Assembly (NCBI GenBank): GCA_054600435.1 | Contig: BAAIJX010000005.1 | Span: forward strand, 124,001-188,000 | Direction: 5' to 3' | Length of the DNA: 64,000 nt | DNA from: Neophaeotheca triangularis | Lineage: Eukaryota | Part shown: in pieces, positions 47,049 to 57,909 of the stretch | Position numbering within the stretch: position 1 is the first letter of the stretch | Layout of the letters: every line of letters begins with the position of its first letter | The notes under the pieces: model-generated | The model's database searches: none | Told to the model about the DNA's origin: nothing | The model's input: the letters and a program-made list of their open reading frames with translations, nothing else | Program-made: the position numbers and the translations under genes

Positions 47049-48572
47049 ATGGCGCCCATAGCTGTCGACCCCAACAGCCAATCTAACGGTCTCAACGCCA
47101 AAGCAACCTCCTTCACCCCAACCTCCCAAGTCGCTTCAAGCTACCATGCCGCCTCCTCGCAAACAGCCATGGAAGCCGAAAACACCCACGCCGCCCACAA
47201 CTACCACCCGCTCCCAATAGTCTTCGCGCGAGCCTCCGGTTGCAGCGTCTGGGATCCCGAAGGCAACCACTACCTCGACTTCCTCTCCGCCTACTCTGCC
47301 GTGAACCAAGGACATTGCCACCCGGCTCTCATAGCCGCTTTGACGGAGCAAGCGTCGCGCTTGACCCTCAGCTCGAGAGCCTTCTACAACGACGTTTTCC
47401 CGAAGTTCGCAGAGAAAATTACTTCCATGATGGGCTTCGACATGGTGCTGCCGATGAACACTGGGGCGGAGGCTGTCGAAACCGCTGTCAAGGTTGCAAG
47501 GAAGTGGGGATACAAGAACAAGGGGATCGCGAAGGACAAGGCGATTGTGTTCAGCGTGCGGGAAAACTTCCACGGAAGGACGTTCGCTGCGATCACCATG
47601 AGCACGGATCCGGAGTCGAGGGAGAACTACGGCCCGTACCTGCCGAGAGTGGGCGCGGTGTGCCCCTCTACAGGGAAGGGGATCGATTATGATTCAATTG
47701 AGGATCTAGAGGCGGCACTGGAGGCGCATGGGACAGAGACAGCCGGGATTCTAGTTGAGCCGATTCAGGGCGAGGCGGGGATCGTGGTGCCAGATGAGGG
47801 CTACTTGCGTAAGGTGAGGGAGCTGTGTGACAAGCACAACGTGCTCATGGTGTGCGATGAGATACAGACAGGGATTGCGCGCACGGGCAAGATGCTGTGT
47901 CATGAGTGGAGCGGTGTGAAGCCGGACATGGTGCTCTTGGGCAAGGCAATTAGCGGAGGCATGTACCCGGTCTCGTGCGTGCTGGGACGGCGAGAGGTGA
48001 TGATGGTCGTTGAGCCGGGGACTCACGGTTCGACGTACGGCGGCAACCCCTTGGGCTCAGCTGTCGCCATCAAAGCGCTCGAAATAATCGAGGAAGAAGG
48101 ACTCGTCGAGCGTGCGGAGAAGCTTGGCCACATCTTCCGGGACGGCCTGAAGGCTATCCAAAAGAAAGACCCCATGGTCATGACGATCCGCGGCAAAGGC
48201 CTACTTAACGCCATCGTGATCGACGAGAGCAAGACAGGCGGCCACAGCGCTTGGGACCTGTGCATGCTGATGAAGGAAAAGGGACTACTGGTGGGTCGAG
48301 CCCTGAAGATTGCCCACGTCAAGTCTTCCGAGACGAAGACGACGGATGGCATGGAAGGAGACAACAGCGCTGACAATACGGCGCAGGCAAAACCTACACA
48401 CCAGAACATCATCCGCTTGGCCCCGCCGCTCGTTATCACGGAAGAGCAGATTCAAACGGCTTTGGGGATTATTGAAGAGGCTGTCAAGGAGCTGCCGCAT
48501 CTAAAGGGTAAGAAGGAGGAAAAGGTGTTGCCGCCTGGGGAGAAAAATGTGCACATTGGGGTTGACAACTGA
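47049..48572 (+). CDS. CAR2: Ornithine aminotransferase; 96-nt in-frame intron 48291-48386
   Basis: AHNYHPLP, DFLSAYSAVNQGHCHP, LPMNTGAEAVETA, NFHGRT, EPIQGEAG, DEIQTGIARTG, LGKAISGG (PLP lysine) and HGSTYGGNPL. Confidence 0.96.
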   Translation: MAPIAVDPNSQSNGLNAKATSFTPTSQVASSYHAASSQTAMEAENTHAAHNYHPLPIVFARASGCSVWDPEGNHYLDFLSAYSAVNQGHCHPALIAALTEQASRLTLSSRAFYNDVFPKFAEKITSMMGFDMVLPMNTGAEAVETAVKVARKWGYKNKGIAKDKAIVFSVRENFHGRTFAAITMSTDPESRENYGPYLPRVGAVCPSTGKGIDYDSIEDLEAALEAHGTETAGILVEPIQGEAGIVVPDEGYLRKVRELCDKHNVLMVCDEIQTGIARTGKMLCHEWSGVKPDMVLLGKAISGGMYPVSCVLGRREVMMVVEPGTHGSTYGGNPLGSAVAIKALEIIEEEGLVERAEKLGHIFRDGLKAIQKKDPMVMTIRGKGLLNAIVIDESKTGGHSAWDLCMLMKEKGLLVGRALKIAHVKSSETKTTDGMEGDNSADNTAQAKPTHQNIIRLAPPLVITEEQIQTALGIIEEAVKELPHLKGKKEEKVLPPGEKNVHIGVDN

Positions 48573-50404
48573 AAGTGCTGCTGCCATAGCGGCGTCAAGC
48601 TAATGTGCGCACGGAAAGGCGTTGGTGTTACTTAAAATCGATTTTGGTGCTTGCTTGGATGGGTCTGGATGCCTCGAAAGTGACGACTGTATGCGAGAAG
48701 ACTACATAGCACACCGTAGGGCTAACTCGCAAGAACAACAACGAACAGTGTACCTAGGTAGTCACCATGCTTTATTGCAGGGACCAACATCCCTTCCAAC
48801 TGCTATCAAGCACTCATTTCTCATCGAACAGCTGCAATGTGCGATTTGAGAAGCCTGCCACACCGTCGAGGTGACCCCGCGAGCGTGACAGAAACCCGCA
48901 TACACCCATGGCACCATAGCAATGATTTGACGAGTTTGGCGAGTCAAGACACCGCCACGACACTTCTGCGCAATCGACCTAGGTCACTCCATGGCCTTAC
49001 CGGCGAGGCATCGGCCTATAGTGGCGTGCGTGGCGTTGAAATGCTCTGTGCAGATTGCGGAAGCTCAAGCTTGACCGGGGCCTCGCCCGTAGTGGGATAC
49101 CTACATTACCTTAGACCGTACCTAGGTACGATTTCAGCAGCACGTGAGGTATAAAGTCACATGGGCTTGATTGGCGTGCGTATGCGCAGACGAGGTGAAA
49201 GTTTTGGATGCTTGAGATGACGGGGAGAAGTTGTTTCGAACGGAGGGGTGTACCTCGTAGAACGCAGGGAGTCCGACTCTCGATTGTTTGATGAGTGAAC
49301 AGACTTATGGACGTCTCGCAGACACGACACAAAGATTGGCAGGAAACGAAAAATGGCCCTCCCTCGTGGCTGGCCGATGGGAAAGTCGAGAACATTGTGG
49401 CACCCCGCGGGAAATCACGGGCTAGTGGCTAAGGGGGTAGACTTTGCTGCTAATGTAGGAACTAGCGGACGGATGGACGAGCGAGCTACTAGTTGCTTGC
49501 AGCTTAAGCTTCTCCAGAAAGGTTGCAGCTTGCAGAGAAGATGGCATTTGTTATTGGTCGCGAGAGATGGACTGACAGTTTGCTTTATCACCTGGGCTTT
49601 CTTTTCGCTGTCGGCTGTTGCGGGAAGTAACTCTAGCTGTGGTGTTGGCTGTAGCGAGGTGTTGAGGTGGTAGTTAGTAGCAGTGATGAACGTCAGACTA
49701 GGACATACCCACTACACCTTTATGTAACTACCTGGTATGGGCGTGGAGGACGGGTTGAGAGCGATGGGCAGAGGTTGGAACTGGCTCGAGACTGAGCGTT
49801 TAGGTTTGGACCGCACCCGAGACGGGCACGGTCTAGTCAGGAAAGGGTATCTCGATTCAGTCGATTGAGGAGAACCTTATTAACTACTCCTACTAACGAA
49901 GAAACCTCAAGCAAAAATGCGCCATGTTTGGCCGTATGATCAGTTTTGATAGGGAATTATTAGCAGCAGTAGGTGCAGATTGCAGAAAGACGGAACACCC
50001 ACCTAGTACCTTTCCTCGCGCTCTCCATCCTTCTTCTTTCTCTAACCGACGTACCACTTTATCACTTTATCTTGCTTGACAACCGCAAGCGAGTACTACA
50101 GTAGTGCTTCCCCATTTCACCTCGCCTCCCTTCGGCGTTGAGCTCTCGTGCCGCCCAGCAATTAAGCGTGCCTGTGTCGATCAATCAGGGAGCGAGGGTC
50201 ATTGCGGCACATACTTTGTCACTGCTTGCTTCTGCTCGACCATTCTTGATCCAACTCTCTTCACTTTTCTTCGCAGTCAATCTTGGCTCGCCGTTCAATC
50301 GAAACCAAACATTACCTGCGACTCCAACATCATCAGTCACATCCGCTGCTGCATCCGACACCGAGCGAACGACTATTCTCCTTTTCCAGCCAACGACACT
50401 CATC

Positions 50405-51070
50405 ATGTGGAGGCAAGAAGACACCAAACCCGCCTTTGGCGCCACCGTCATACCCACCGACAACGGCACTCACCAAAACACACTCCCACCTACATCCGTC
50501 TCGCCTGCTCTGACCCCAGCAGCCTCCAACGACGACTTGAACGACACCTACCACACCAGCCCGCCACCCATCCATAGCCCTTTCTACCAACACCCGCCAG
50601 CCTCTTTCGAGCGCGTTTCCTACTCGCACAGCCGCCAACAGAGTTTCAAATCCCCCACCGCAATCAACACGACCAACGAGAAAGACCTCGAAGCCCAGGC
50701 CGCCACCACCCCACTTACAGTATGTACGACGCGAGGAGGCGAGGAAAACCCCTTTGCTTCCAAGTACTCGCTTGACTACAACAAGGAGTGCAAGATGTGG
50801 CCCTCCAAGAACACTCTCATGGCATCGAAGCTGGCGGACAAGCGGCGCAGGGCGGAGACGAGACGGTGCGGCGGCTCGAGAGTCAAGATGGAGGATGCTT
50901 GGCGCGAGCGCAGTAAGAAGCAGAAGCTGATCATCAAGATCGCTATCGCGGTGGTTGTTTGCGGTATCATGGTTGCAATTGGCGTGGGTATCACCAACGC
51001 GGTGCATGGCGGTGTCTGGAGTGGGGAGAGCCGGAATACGCGGATTGGAGGGGACAACGGGGACAATTGA
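50405..51070 (+). CDS. Hypothetical protein with a single C-terminal transmembrane helix
   Basis: ATG at 50405 within ORF 50138-51070. PSPF/PPAS-type low-complexity region, ECKMWPSK, and a basic stretch followed by IAIAVVVCGIMVAIGVGI. Confidence 0.7.
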   Translation: MWRQEDTKPAFGATVIPTDNGTHQNTLPPTSVSPALTPAASNDDLNDTYHTSPPPIHSPFYQHPPASFERVSYSHSRQQSFKSPTAINTTNEKDLEAQAATTPLTVCTTRGGEENPFASKYSLDYNKECKMWPSKNTLMASKLADKRRRAETRRCGGSRVKMEDAWRERSKKQKLIIKIAIAVVVCGIMVAIGVGITNAVHGGVWSGESRNTRIGGDNGDN

Positions 51071-52318
51071 GATGGCTGGTGGTCACAATGAGTGAGTCGA
51101 TACCATGGCAGTGTCAAGGTTGACGAAGTGAGACTAACAATCTCTCTAGCCGCCAACCCACTACGATCTAACACTTTCAATACCCCAACATCACCACAGC
51201 ACCACAGCGTTTCCACCTTTCTTCGCACTCAAAGGAGCAGCGCGTAGCAAAGCATGATACCCACCTCGCGCCAACTCTGCAGTACAGGACGCGTCCAACC
51301 CCCGGAGACGTGGCTCTTCGAACACCGAGAACAGCCGTACACCACTGAACATACGTACCATCGGCGTTTATTTCCCAAGGCGCTTTTTTGCTTCTTCCAT
51401 TTCCCCGGCGTTTTTCTTGAGAGATCAGGCATGGATCGCACTGTCGCTTATGAACATACCAAGGGCGCGCATGGGTACGGGAAGGGAAGGCTCCAGTCAC
51501 TGGAGTTATGCAAAGATGGGAGGGAAATGGGAACGGAATGGTCGGGACTACATTCGCGGCTTATGAGCGTTTAGATGAGCGAGCCTTTTTGTGTATATTC
51601 GTGCGAAAGCACGGGTTTTTGCCTTGTTCCCCCCTCTCCCCTCTCTTCCTTCTACCAGAATCTTGATTCCCTAAAGTGTCAAAGTTCTAGGCCACGTCGA
51701 TTTCGGACCCGCGGTAAGGTGATGAAGGAAAGCGCAATCGCTCGAGGACGGAACGACAAGAAGCGAGGTTTGCGCTAGTCTGGACCCACTCTTGCGACTT
51801 CACGTCTACTCCGACGTCTCCAATGCTGTGGACATGTACGTTGCAAGGCTCTGGAAAGATCATTGCCGAGGAAGCCAGCCATGCTCGAGCTGGCTCACCT
51901 GTAACGGCTCCGTCGGTGTCAAAAGTCGACGCTCTGGAACTGCTACTGAAGGCCGCACCTACTGGCCCTTTTGCTTTCGGCGTAGATGGAGGACGCCTCG
52001 TCCAAAACCTGCTTCTTCAAGTAGGTCCACTGGAGTGCTCGTCAGGCAGTGATGTTGGCTCAGAAGGGTCTCGAGAAGTGCCAAGCAGGTAGAGAGTGCT
52101 ACGAGGTTCTTTTAGGGGCGCGGCATCAGCTCTGGCAGACGTCGTTGAGATTGGCTAATGCAGAAAAAGCCACCTGCACTGCGCCCACCAGCTCCGCCAC
52201 TTTGACCTGATCACATTGCCTCATCTTCCACTGCAGCGCTTGATTCTTCTTTCACATCTCTTCTCCCATAGCTCTGACCAACTCGGACACCTTCGCACTG
52301 ACAACACCAACAGCTGCC

Positions 52319-54202
52319 ACGGCGGCGCCTGGATTCGGTTTCAGCTTCGGTGACATCGTCCAAGCAATTGCGCTACTCCACAAGGCGTCGAAGGCGCTCA
52401 AGGCTTCGGGTGCCGCCAGCAACTACCAACTGACTGTAATCCAACTCGACGCCGTAGCGAGGATCCTAGACAAAGCGCAAACATTTGAGCCTACATCCGA
52501 CTCAGATCGTGGAGCGCTTAGCCAAATTACGCTGTTGGCCTCAAGCTGCCGCATGCCGCTTCAAAGATTCCAGAACCGCATTTCCAAGTACGAGGATGAC
52601 CTTGATCATGCGATTGGGGGAAGGAGGAACGTTCTCAAAGACATAGGAAGTACTGGGCGCAAGGTCCGGTGGGTGATCGCCGTCGAGAAGCAAGTCGCTG
52701 AGCTGAAAGCCAGTATCGAGCTGCCGATACAGGGTATCAGCTTCTGGCCCCAATGGTGCAATTTGTACGTCACTGCAGCGTGGTTAGGCAAGTCGCTAAT
52801 ACCTAAGGCTGACTATTACAGGACGCGAAACACGGAAACACATCTTGTCGCTAAGGATATCTGGCAAAAGACTGTCGATCTCTCGGCCAATGTGCATGGC
52901 CTGCGCAATAATATAATGACTAGCTTGACACCAATGTTGCCTCAGCTTGTATCTCTGCAATCTCAGATCAGCGAGGATGCCACAAGATTACGGGCGGCAT
53001 TGGCAGTCACCCAAGACATTGGTCACGAGACTATTGCGGGCATCGCATCCCAGGAAAGCACGTTACAGATGATGATGAGTAAACTTGACAACTTACAGCT
53101 TTCTATCGATGCTCGGCCAACAACAACTCCGGGTGATATGTGCGCAAATAGCCCGGGACGAGTTCCCGGCAGGATGACCAAGAGCAAGAAGACACCTTTG
53201 ACAGTTGACGAGGTTTTGGACGCTATCGCTAGCAGCCTCAAAGAACTCTTACTCATCATTTTGTTCGCCGTGCCTGTATTCCACAAGTGTTTGAAAACTT
53301 TCACCGCCATCGTCCGCGACCCCTCCTGGCTGCTTCTCGACAATGTTCACTTGGAAGACGCCATTGGCCGAAAGCTCAGTCTCCCTTACGAGCACTTCAG
53401 ACACTGGCCGGTGGTCGAGGCAAGGCTCAATGTGGCGTTGAAAGACTCACCGGGAGAGGCTCTTGTCCGCTCGAACTACTTTTGTTTTATCAACCTCGCC
53501 AACGAGGACATCATACCCGCATCAAGTGTTTGGGAGACCTTAGTGGAGCGGGGTATGAGACTGGCTATGTCGATGCTCTTTCGGCGGAAAGCCCGCGCAA
53601 TAGAAAATCCATTACAGGTTGAATGCCCTAGATGTCAAGTGGTTTACATGACCAAAGACCCCACCAAGTGGAACATATGCCCCGGCTGCAAGCTTGAACA
53701 CAAACGCGAGGATGGTCCGGCGTACTGGCCTGCTAATGCGTCCCCAAGCGAAAAAGTAGTTGAAAGCTTCGACGACAGTCCCATACCACTGGACGTATTG
53801 GACTACTATTCGAATGCCACCTACAAGGACGGTATCCTGCCTTTCGAGCGTGTTCACATCGTTCAGCAAGGCTTGCCAGCCTCTGTCGGTACACTCCCGG
53901 TTGCAAATCCTGCAGTTGAGCATGGTAACCTTGACCAAACAGCAAATTTCTCTTCAGGCGAAGAACCCCCCATGCGCATACCTGCAGCCTCAGAAGTAGC
54001 CAGTGAGACTCTTCGCTTGTTCGACGACTGTGCTAGAGTCAGAGCTTCCACGTGGTCGTGGTCTCGCGGTGCTGCTCACAACTCATTCGACACCCAAATC
54101 AATTACTTAACCGAGCCGGCGGCGGATGGTTCGGACTTGACCATGGATTTGCTCAATAGCACGGTGCCAACGACGAGTTGCTTACGCGAGGAAGGCGAAT
54201 AG
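52319..54202 (+). CDS. Fungal HeLo-like/SesA-like N-terminal domain + ubiquitin-like domain + CxxC/CxxC protein; apparent ACG start; probable in-frame intron 52765-52821
   Basis: The frame is open upstream of the called ORF and reads (T)AAPGFGFSFGDIVQAIALL...LKASGAASNYQ. Downstream are VHLEDAIGRKLSLPYEHF...LAMSMLF and CPRC...CPGC. The 3' end is uncertain. Confidence 0.65.
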   Translation, partial: TAAPGFGFSFGDIVQAIALLHKASKALKASGAASNYQLTVIQLDAVARILDKAQTFEPTSDSDRGALSQITLLASSCRMPLQRFQNRISKYEDDLDHAIGGRRNVLKDIGSTGRKVRWVIAVEKQVAELKASIELPIQGISFWPQWCNLYVTAAWLGKSLIPKADYYRTRNTETHLVAKDIWQKTVDLSANVHGLRNNIMTSLTPMLPQLVSLQSQISEDATRLRAALAVTQDIGHETIAGIASQESTLQMMMSKLDNLQLSIDARPTTTPGDMCANSPGRVPGRMTKSKKTPLTVDEVLDAIASSLKELLLIILFAVPVFHKCLKTFTAIVRDPSWLLLDNVHLEDAIGRKLSLPYEHFRHWPVVEARLNVALKDSPGEALVRSNYFCFINLANEDIIPASSVWETLVERGMRLAMSMLFRRKARAIENPLQVECPRCQVVYMTKDPTKWNICPGCKLEHKREDGPAYWPANASPSEKVVESFDDSPIPLDVLDYYSNATYKDGILPFERVHIVQQGLPASVGTLPVANPAVEHGNLDQTANFSSGEEPPMRIPAASEVASETLRLFDDCARVRASTWSWSRGAAHNSFDTQINYLTEPAADGSDLTMDLLNSTVPTTSCLREEGE

Positions 54203-54623
54203 ATATACAGTCATCCGCCAAGGACCTTGTTACTGACAAGCTGTCAGCCGCAGTGGAGATGCAGGTTGCCGTGCCGTCACGAAAATAGCAAGCGAGGTAA
54301 TCTTGTCACTTGCAAAGGCGCATTTGGAGAGTTTGAACTGTCACTATGGCGACGAAATGTTGGACTTCTGGCTTCCATGTTGAAAAGCTCCGACCCGAGA
54401 GCGAATCGGCCAGATCCGGTCTTCAGGGACTACAAGGCGCTGCTGGGAGATATTGTTTGCGTATGGAGATTGGGCAGTATGCTTGATGTCCCAGGTGTGG
54501 AATACTGTAACGTCCGAGCAGCTTGACTGAACTTAAAACTCCGTACTCCTCGCTAATCGGCAATACGTCCGTGACCGCCTTCCCTCCTTCCAACCATTTG
54601 TTTGTTCCAATGTCACCCAAGTC

Positions 54624-55271
54624 TCAGCTGCCCGGCGCCGAAGGCAAACGCTCCACAACATATTTCCCGCGCGCAACACTCACAATCGGCACACCTGGCA
54701 CCTTTCTGACCCTCCTCTTCAAATCTCTATCATTCGTCGCGACCAAATAAACCCTCTGCTTCACAACCCGATCCACAATACAGTCGTCTGCGTACGTGCC
54801 CTTGTGATCACACTCCAGCCGCTCCCATCTTTCGTCCCTCGCAATTTGCAGCGCAATCCTGTATCTCGGGCCCAACTTCTCTAATTCAGCCATAACGCAA
54901 GAGGTGATTATGGGTGTACAAGTGGCGTAGAGAGCGTCCATCATAGTCGGCAGCATTGGAAGTTTGTGTTGAACGGTGTGCGAGAGGAAGTTAGTATCGA
55001 CGAGGATTTGGTAGGGAGGTTGGAGGGCGGTGTTGTGCTGAAAGAACATGGAGGATGGCGCTTGAGGGCTGCATCGGCACTTCGTTAGTTCTTGCGAATG
55101 CGATGAGAGTTTTTGTAGGCACACTCACACTTCTCGTATCACTCCATCGTCCTTTTTCTTTTTCGCGGCTTCATCCTGTCCCGTCTCTTGGTTCTTCTTC
55201 AGGCGCGAGTCGCGGGAGCCTATGATGCGCTTGACGGTCGCGAACTTGCGCGTTTTCTTCTGGGTACCCAT
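54624..55271 (-). CDS. FCF1: rRNA-processing PIN-domain endonuclease Fcf1/Utp24 (intron 55069-55128)
   Basis: MGTQKKTRKFA, PPYQILVDTNF, ITSCVMAELEKLG, HKGTYADDC and VATNDRDLKRRVRKVPGVP. Confidence 0.95.
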
Positions 55272-55751
55272 GATGGAAACTGTGGTTGAAGGTATAGCCA
55301 AAATCAGCAATCTCGAAGATGAAGTGATGTCAATCTGGAACTTTTTGATATGCCAAGGCCTGCTGCTTCTCTCGGTTGCCCCCGCAAACTCTAAATCTAA
55401 TCTTGGAGTGGCGCTTGCTGCAGCACGCGTGTCTGTTTAGGTTCGGGACCCCTGTCCAGTCCCTTGCACACTACTTTCGTCTTCCACTGTTCTAAACACC
55501 CTGCAGCTCTTGCACCACCTTCACTTCTGCAATCACTCGTTGCTTGCATATCTTTCCTCTTCGCCTTGAGTAGTAGTACGCTCGAACAATCGACGCCGAA
55601 TCAAGAGAGCTAGCATACTTAGGGGGCCTTCGAACACGACCGAGCGAGTCCGGTTTTGCAAGGGGCGCAGGAAGAGAGTCACTAGACGGGGGAGGATCTA
55701 GTTTGCTATACCAAGAAGCTGGTGGAGAGTTGAAGATAAGGAACAACGATC

Positions 55752-57041
55752 ATGGCTCGCATGTCGAAGCGGATGCAATATCTCTTGCTGGCTCTCGCCG
55801 CGGGAAGCATTGTTCGCGCGCAGTTGACAGACCTACCAGACATTGGGGACGTCACTGCCACACCGGACCCAGAACCGACACCAACTGAAGATGCCGCCAC
55901 AGAATCGACGGCAGAGCCGACTGAAGAATCTGCAACAGCACCCCCCGAGACGACATCGGAAGAAGAACCTTCGCAAACAGATGCCGCAACTACTACCGCA
56001 GATGATACAGAAGCTATGGTTACGGCCACACCTACGCAGTCCGACTTTGAGACAACAGGAGGCGGATCATCTACAACTGGGAATGTCTTCCATATATCGG
56101 ATGCACCTACGATTGCTGGTGCTGGTATTCCAACTTTGGTCATCCCTTACACGGCTGATGCACCGTTCATGCAAAAGTCCACCATGCCGGAAGGGACCGT
56201 CTTCATCGTTGTGGGCGCTGTATTAGCCTTCTTGGGCGCCTGCGTGCTCTTATGGCGTGGCCTCATTGCTTGGTCAATCAACCGTAGCGTCCGAAAAGCC
56301 GCGCTCGCATCCATCCGTGGTAGCGAGAAGCATGCCTCGGTCTGGGGCGGTGGCAGCTACCAGCCAGCCAAGAAGAACGGAGACTTCTACAACGATACCA
56401 ACGGTAGCAGCATGTCTCTCGATCACCTAACCTCGGCAGGAAAGACGTCCAAGTCCAACCCTTTCCGCGACCCTGAAGACCACCGCAAATCGACGCAACC
56501 TCCTCCGAACCTTTTCTTCTCCCCCACAGCTGAGGCCCGCAATTCTGTCATTAACCTGCAATCGGGACCCAACGCCGGCAATCGCTCCTCATCGCACCTA
56601 CCAGCAGGCTACTATGCCTCACCTGGCGCCGCACCGCCCGCATCCACAACTTTAGGCAACCCGCACCTCTCCGGCTCGAACCTCACGCCCTACAACCGCA
56701 ACAGCCACTACAGCATGACACGTGGCGACCACTCACCTCCCACCTCCTCCTACCGTAACAGCTCTCGGGATCGCGTACAATCCACAGGGGGCGCGGGGCT
56801 GAGACCTCCAAGCAGCCGCGACGGCCCGCAGAGAAATAGCTACATTGAGAGCGCGAGGCACGGTCACAACTCGCTGTACGCTGCTCCTAGCAGTTCGAGC
56901 TTGATGGTTGGAACGGGCGGCACAGGACGGCCTACAAGCAGTGGAGCCCATGATAGCGATCTGGGAGGAAGCAGGGCACCGAGCGCTTATCTAGAGGACT
57001 TGTTTGAGAATCATGGTAACGGGCCGATGAGGGGTTTGTAG
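55752..57041 (+). CDS. Type I membrane protein with a Ser/Thr-rich ectodomain, CSI2-like
   Basis: Signal peptide, S/T-rich region, APFMQKSTMPEGTVFIVVGAVL TM segment, LFFSPTA, and C-terminal RAPSAYLEDLF. Confidence 0.72.
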   Translation: MARMSKRMQYLLLALAAGSIVRAQLTDLPDIGDVTATPDPEPTPTEDAATESTAEPTEESATAPPETTSEEEPSQTDAATTTADDTEAMVTATPTQSDFETTGGGSSTTGNVFHISDAPTIAGAGIPTLVIPYTADAPFMQKSTMPEGTVFIVVGAVLAFLGACVLLWRGLIAWSINRSVRKAALASIRGSEKHASVWGGGSYQPAKKNGDFYNDTNGSSMSLDHLTSAGKTSKSNPFRDPEDHRKSTQPPPNLFFSPTAEARNSVINLQSGPNAGNRSSSHLPAGYYASPGAAPPASTTLGNPHLSGSNLTPYNRNSHYSMTRGDHSPPTSSYRNSSRDRVQSTGGAGLRPPSSRDGPQRNSYIESARHGHNSLYAAPSSSSLMVGTGGTGRPTSSGAHDSDLGGSRAPSAYLEDLFENHGNGPMRGL

Positions 57042-57909
57042 GGGCTGCAGCGGTATGCGGCTTGCCTTCCTGGATTCTCGTGGACATAGTAGGGTGGGCG
57101 TTGCCGCGGTTCCTTGCTGTGTTTCGATTGTTTTGCGTTTGAGCGACTTTTGCAAGGAACGGGATGGATAATACCAAGGGGTTGCATCTGGGGGCTTATT
57201 GATTCTTACTTGATTTTAATCCAGCTAACGTACTTTTTTCGAGTCTCTGCCGAAACTTCATTCAATCTGATGACCAATGTGTTGCCCTTCTCGACGGCAT
57301 TGTTATGGAACGTCATATGCTCACTTCTCGAAGAGCACAAGGGATTATAATGGACCCAAGTGACAAGAACAAAGTATCAAGAGTATCTACTTATCTAGGG
57401 AAGGAATATGTATGTGTAGGTCAGGTAGACAGTAAGGTACTAGCAGCAGTTGGCTGACGAGCTCTTTCCCCCCTGTCGTCCGCGCTCGCTTGCCAAGCAT
57501 TCCCCGAGCTGCTCACGGGCCTCAATCGAGCATGCTTCAGCTTCTCCTCCAGGGCTGTCAACCGCACCAAACTCCACCACATCCATCGGAGCACTCCCTG
57601 TATACATCACCTCCTTACCGCCCCATCTGGCGCCATTGTAATTCCTTTGCACATTCATCGACCCCCAACCGACCTTTCCTGTCAGTGTCCACTGCTCACT
57701 GCCACGGCCCCGACCTTACCACGCGCGCGTGCCTACCGCGTCATTGCTTAATCTCCGCCTGGACACCCAGGGCATTCTTCGAGGACTACGCGTCAAGACA
57801 GTGTTCTGGTCAAATCGCCGACCTCACACTGCCATAACCCTTTGACATATTCACAACCTATTGGTGCCGCTGCTGATGTGGGCCAAGTGAAGTGGACGTA
57901 CGCGGCAGC

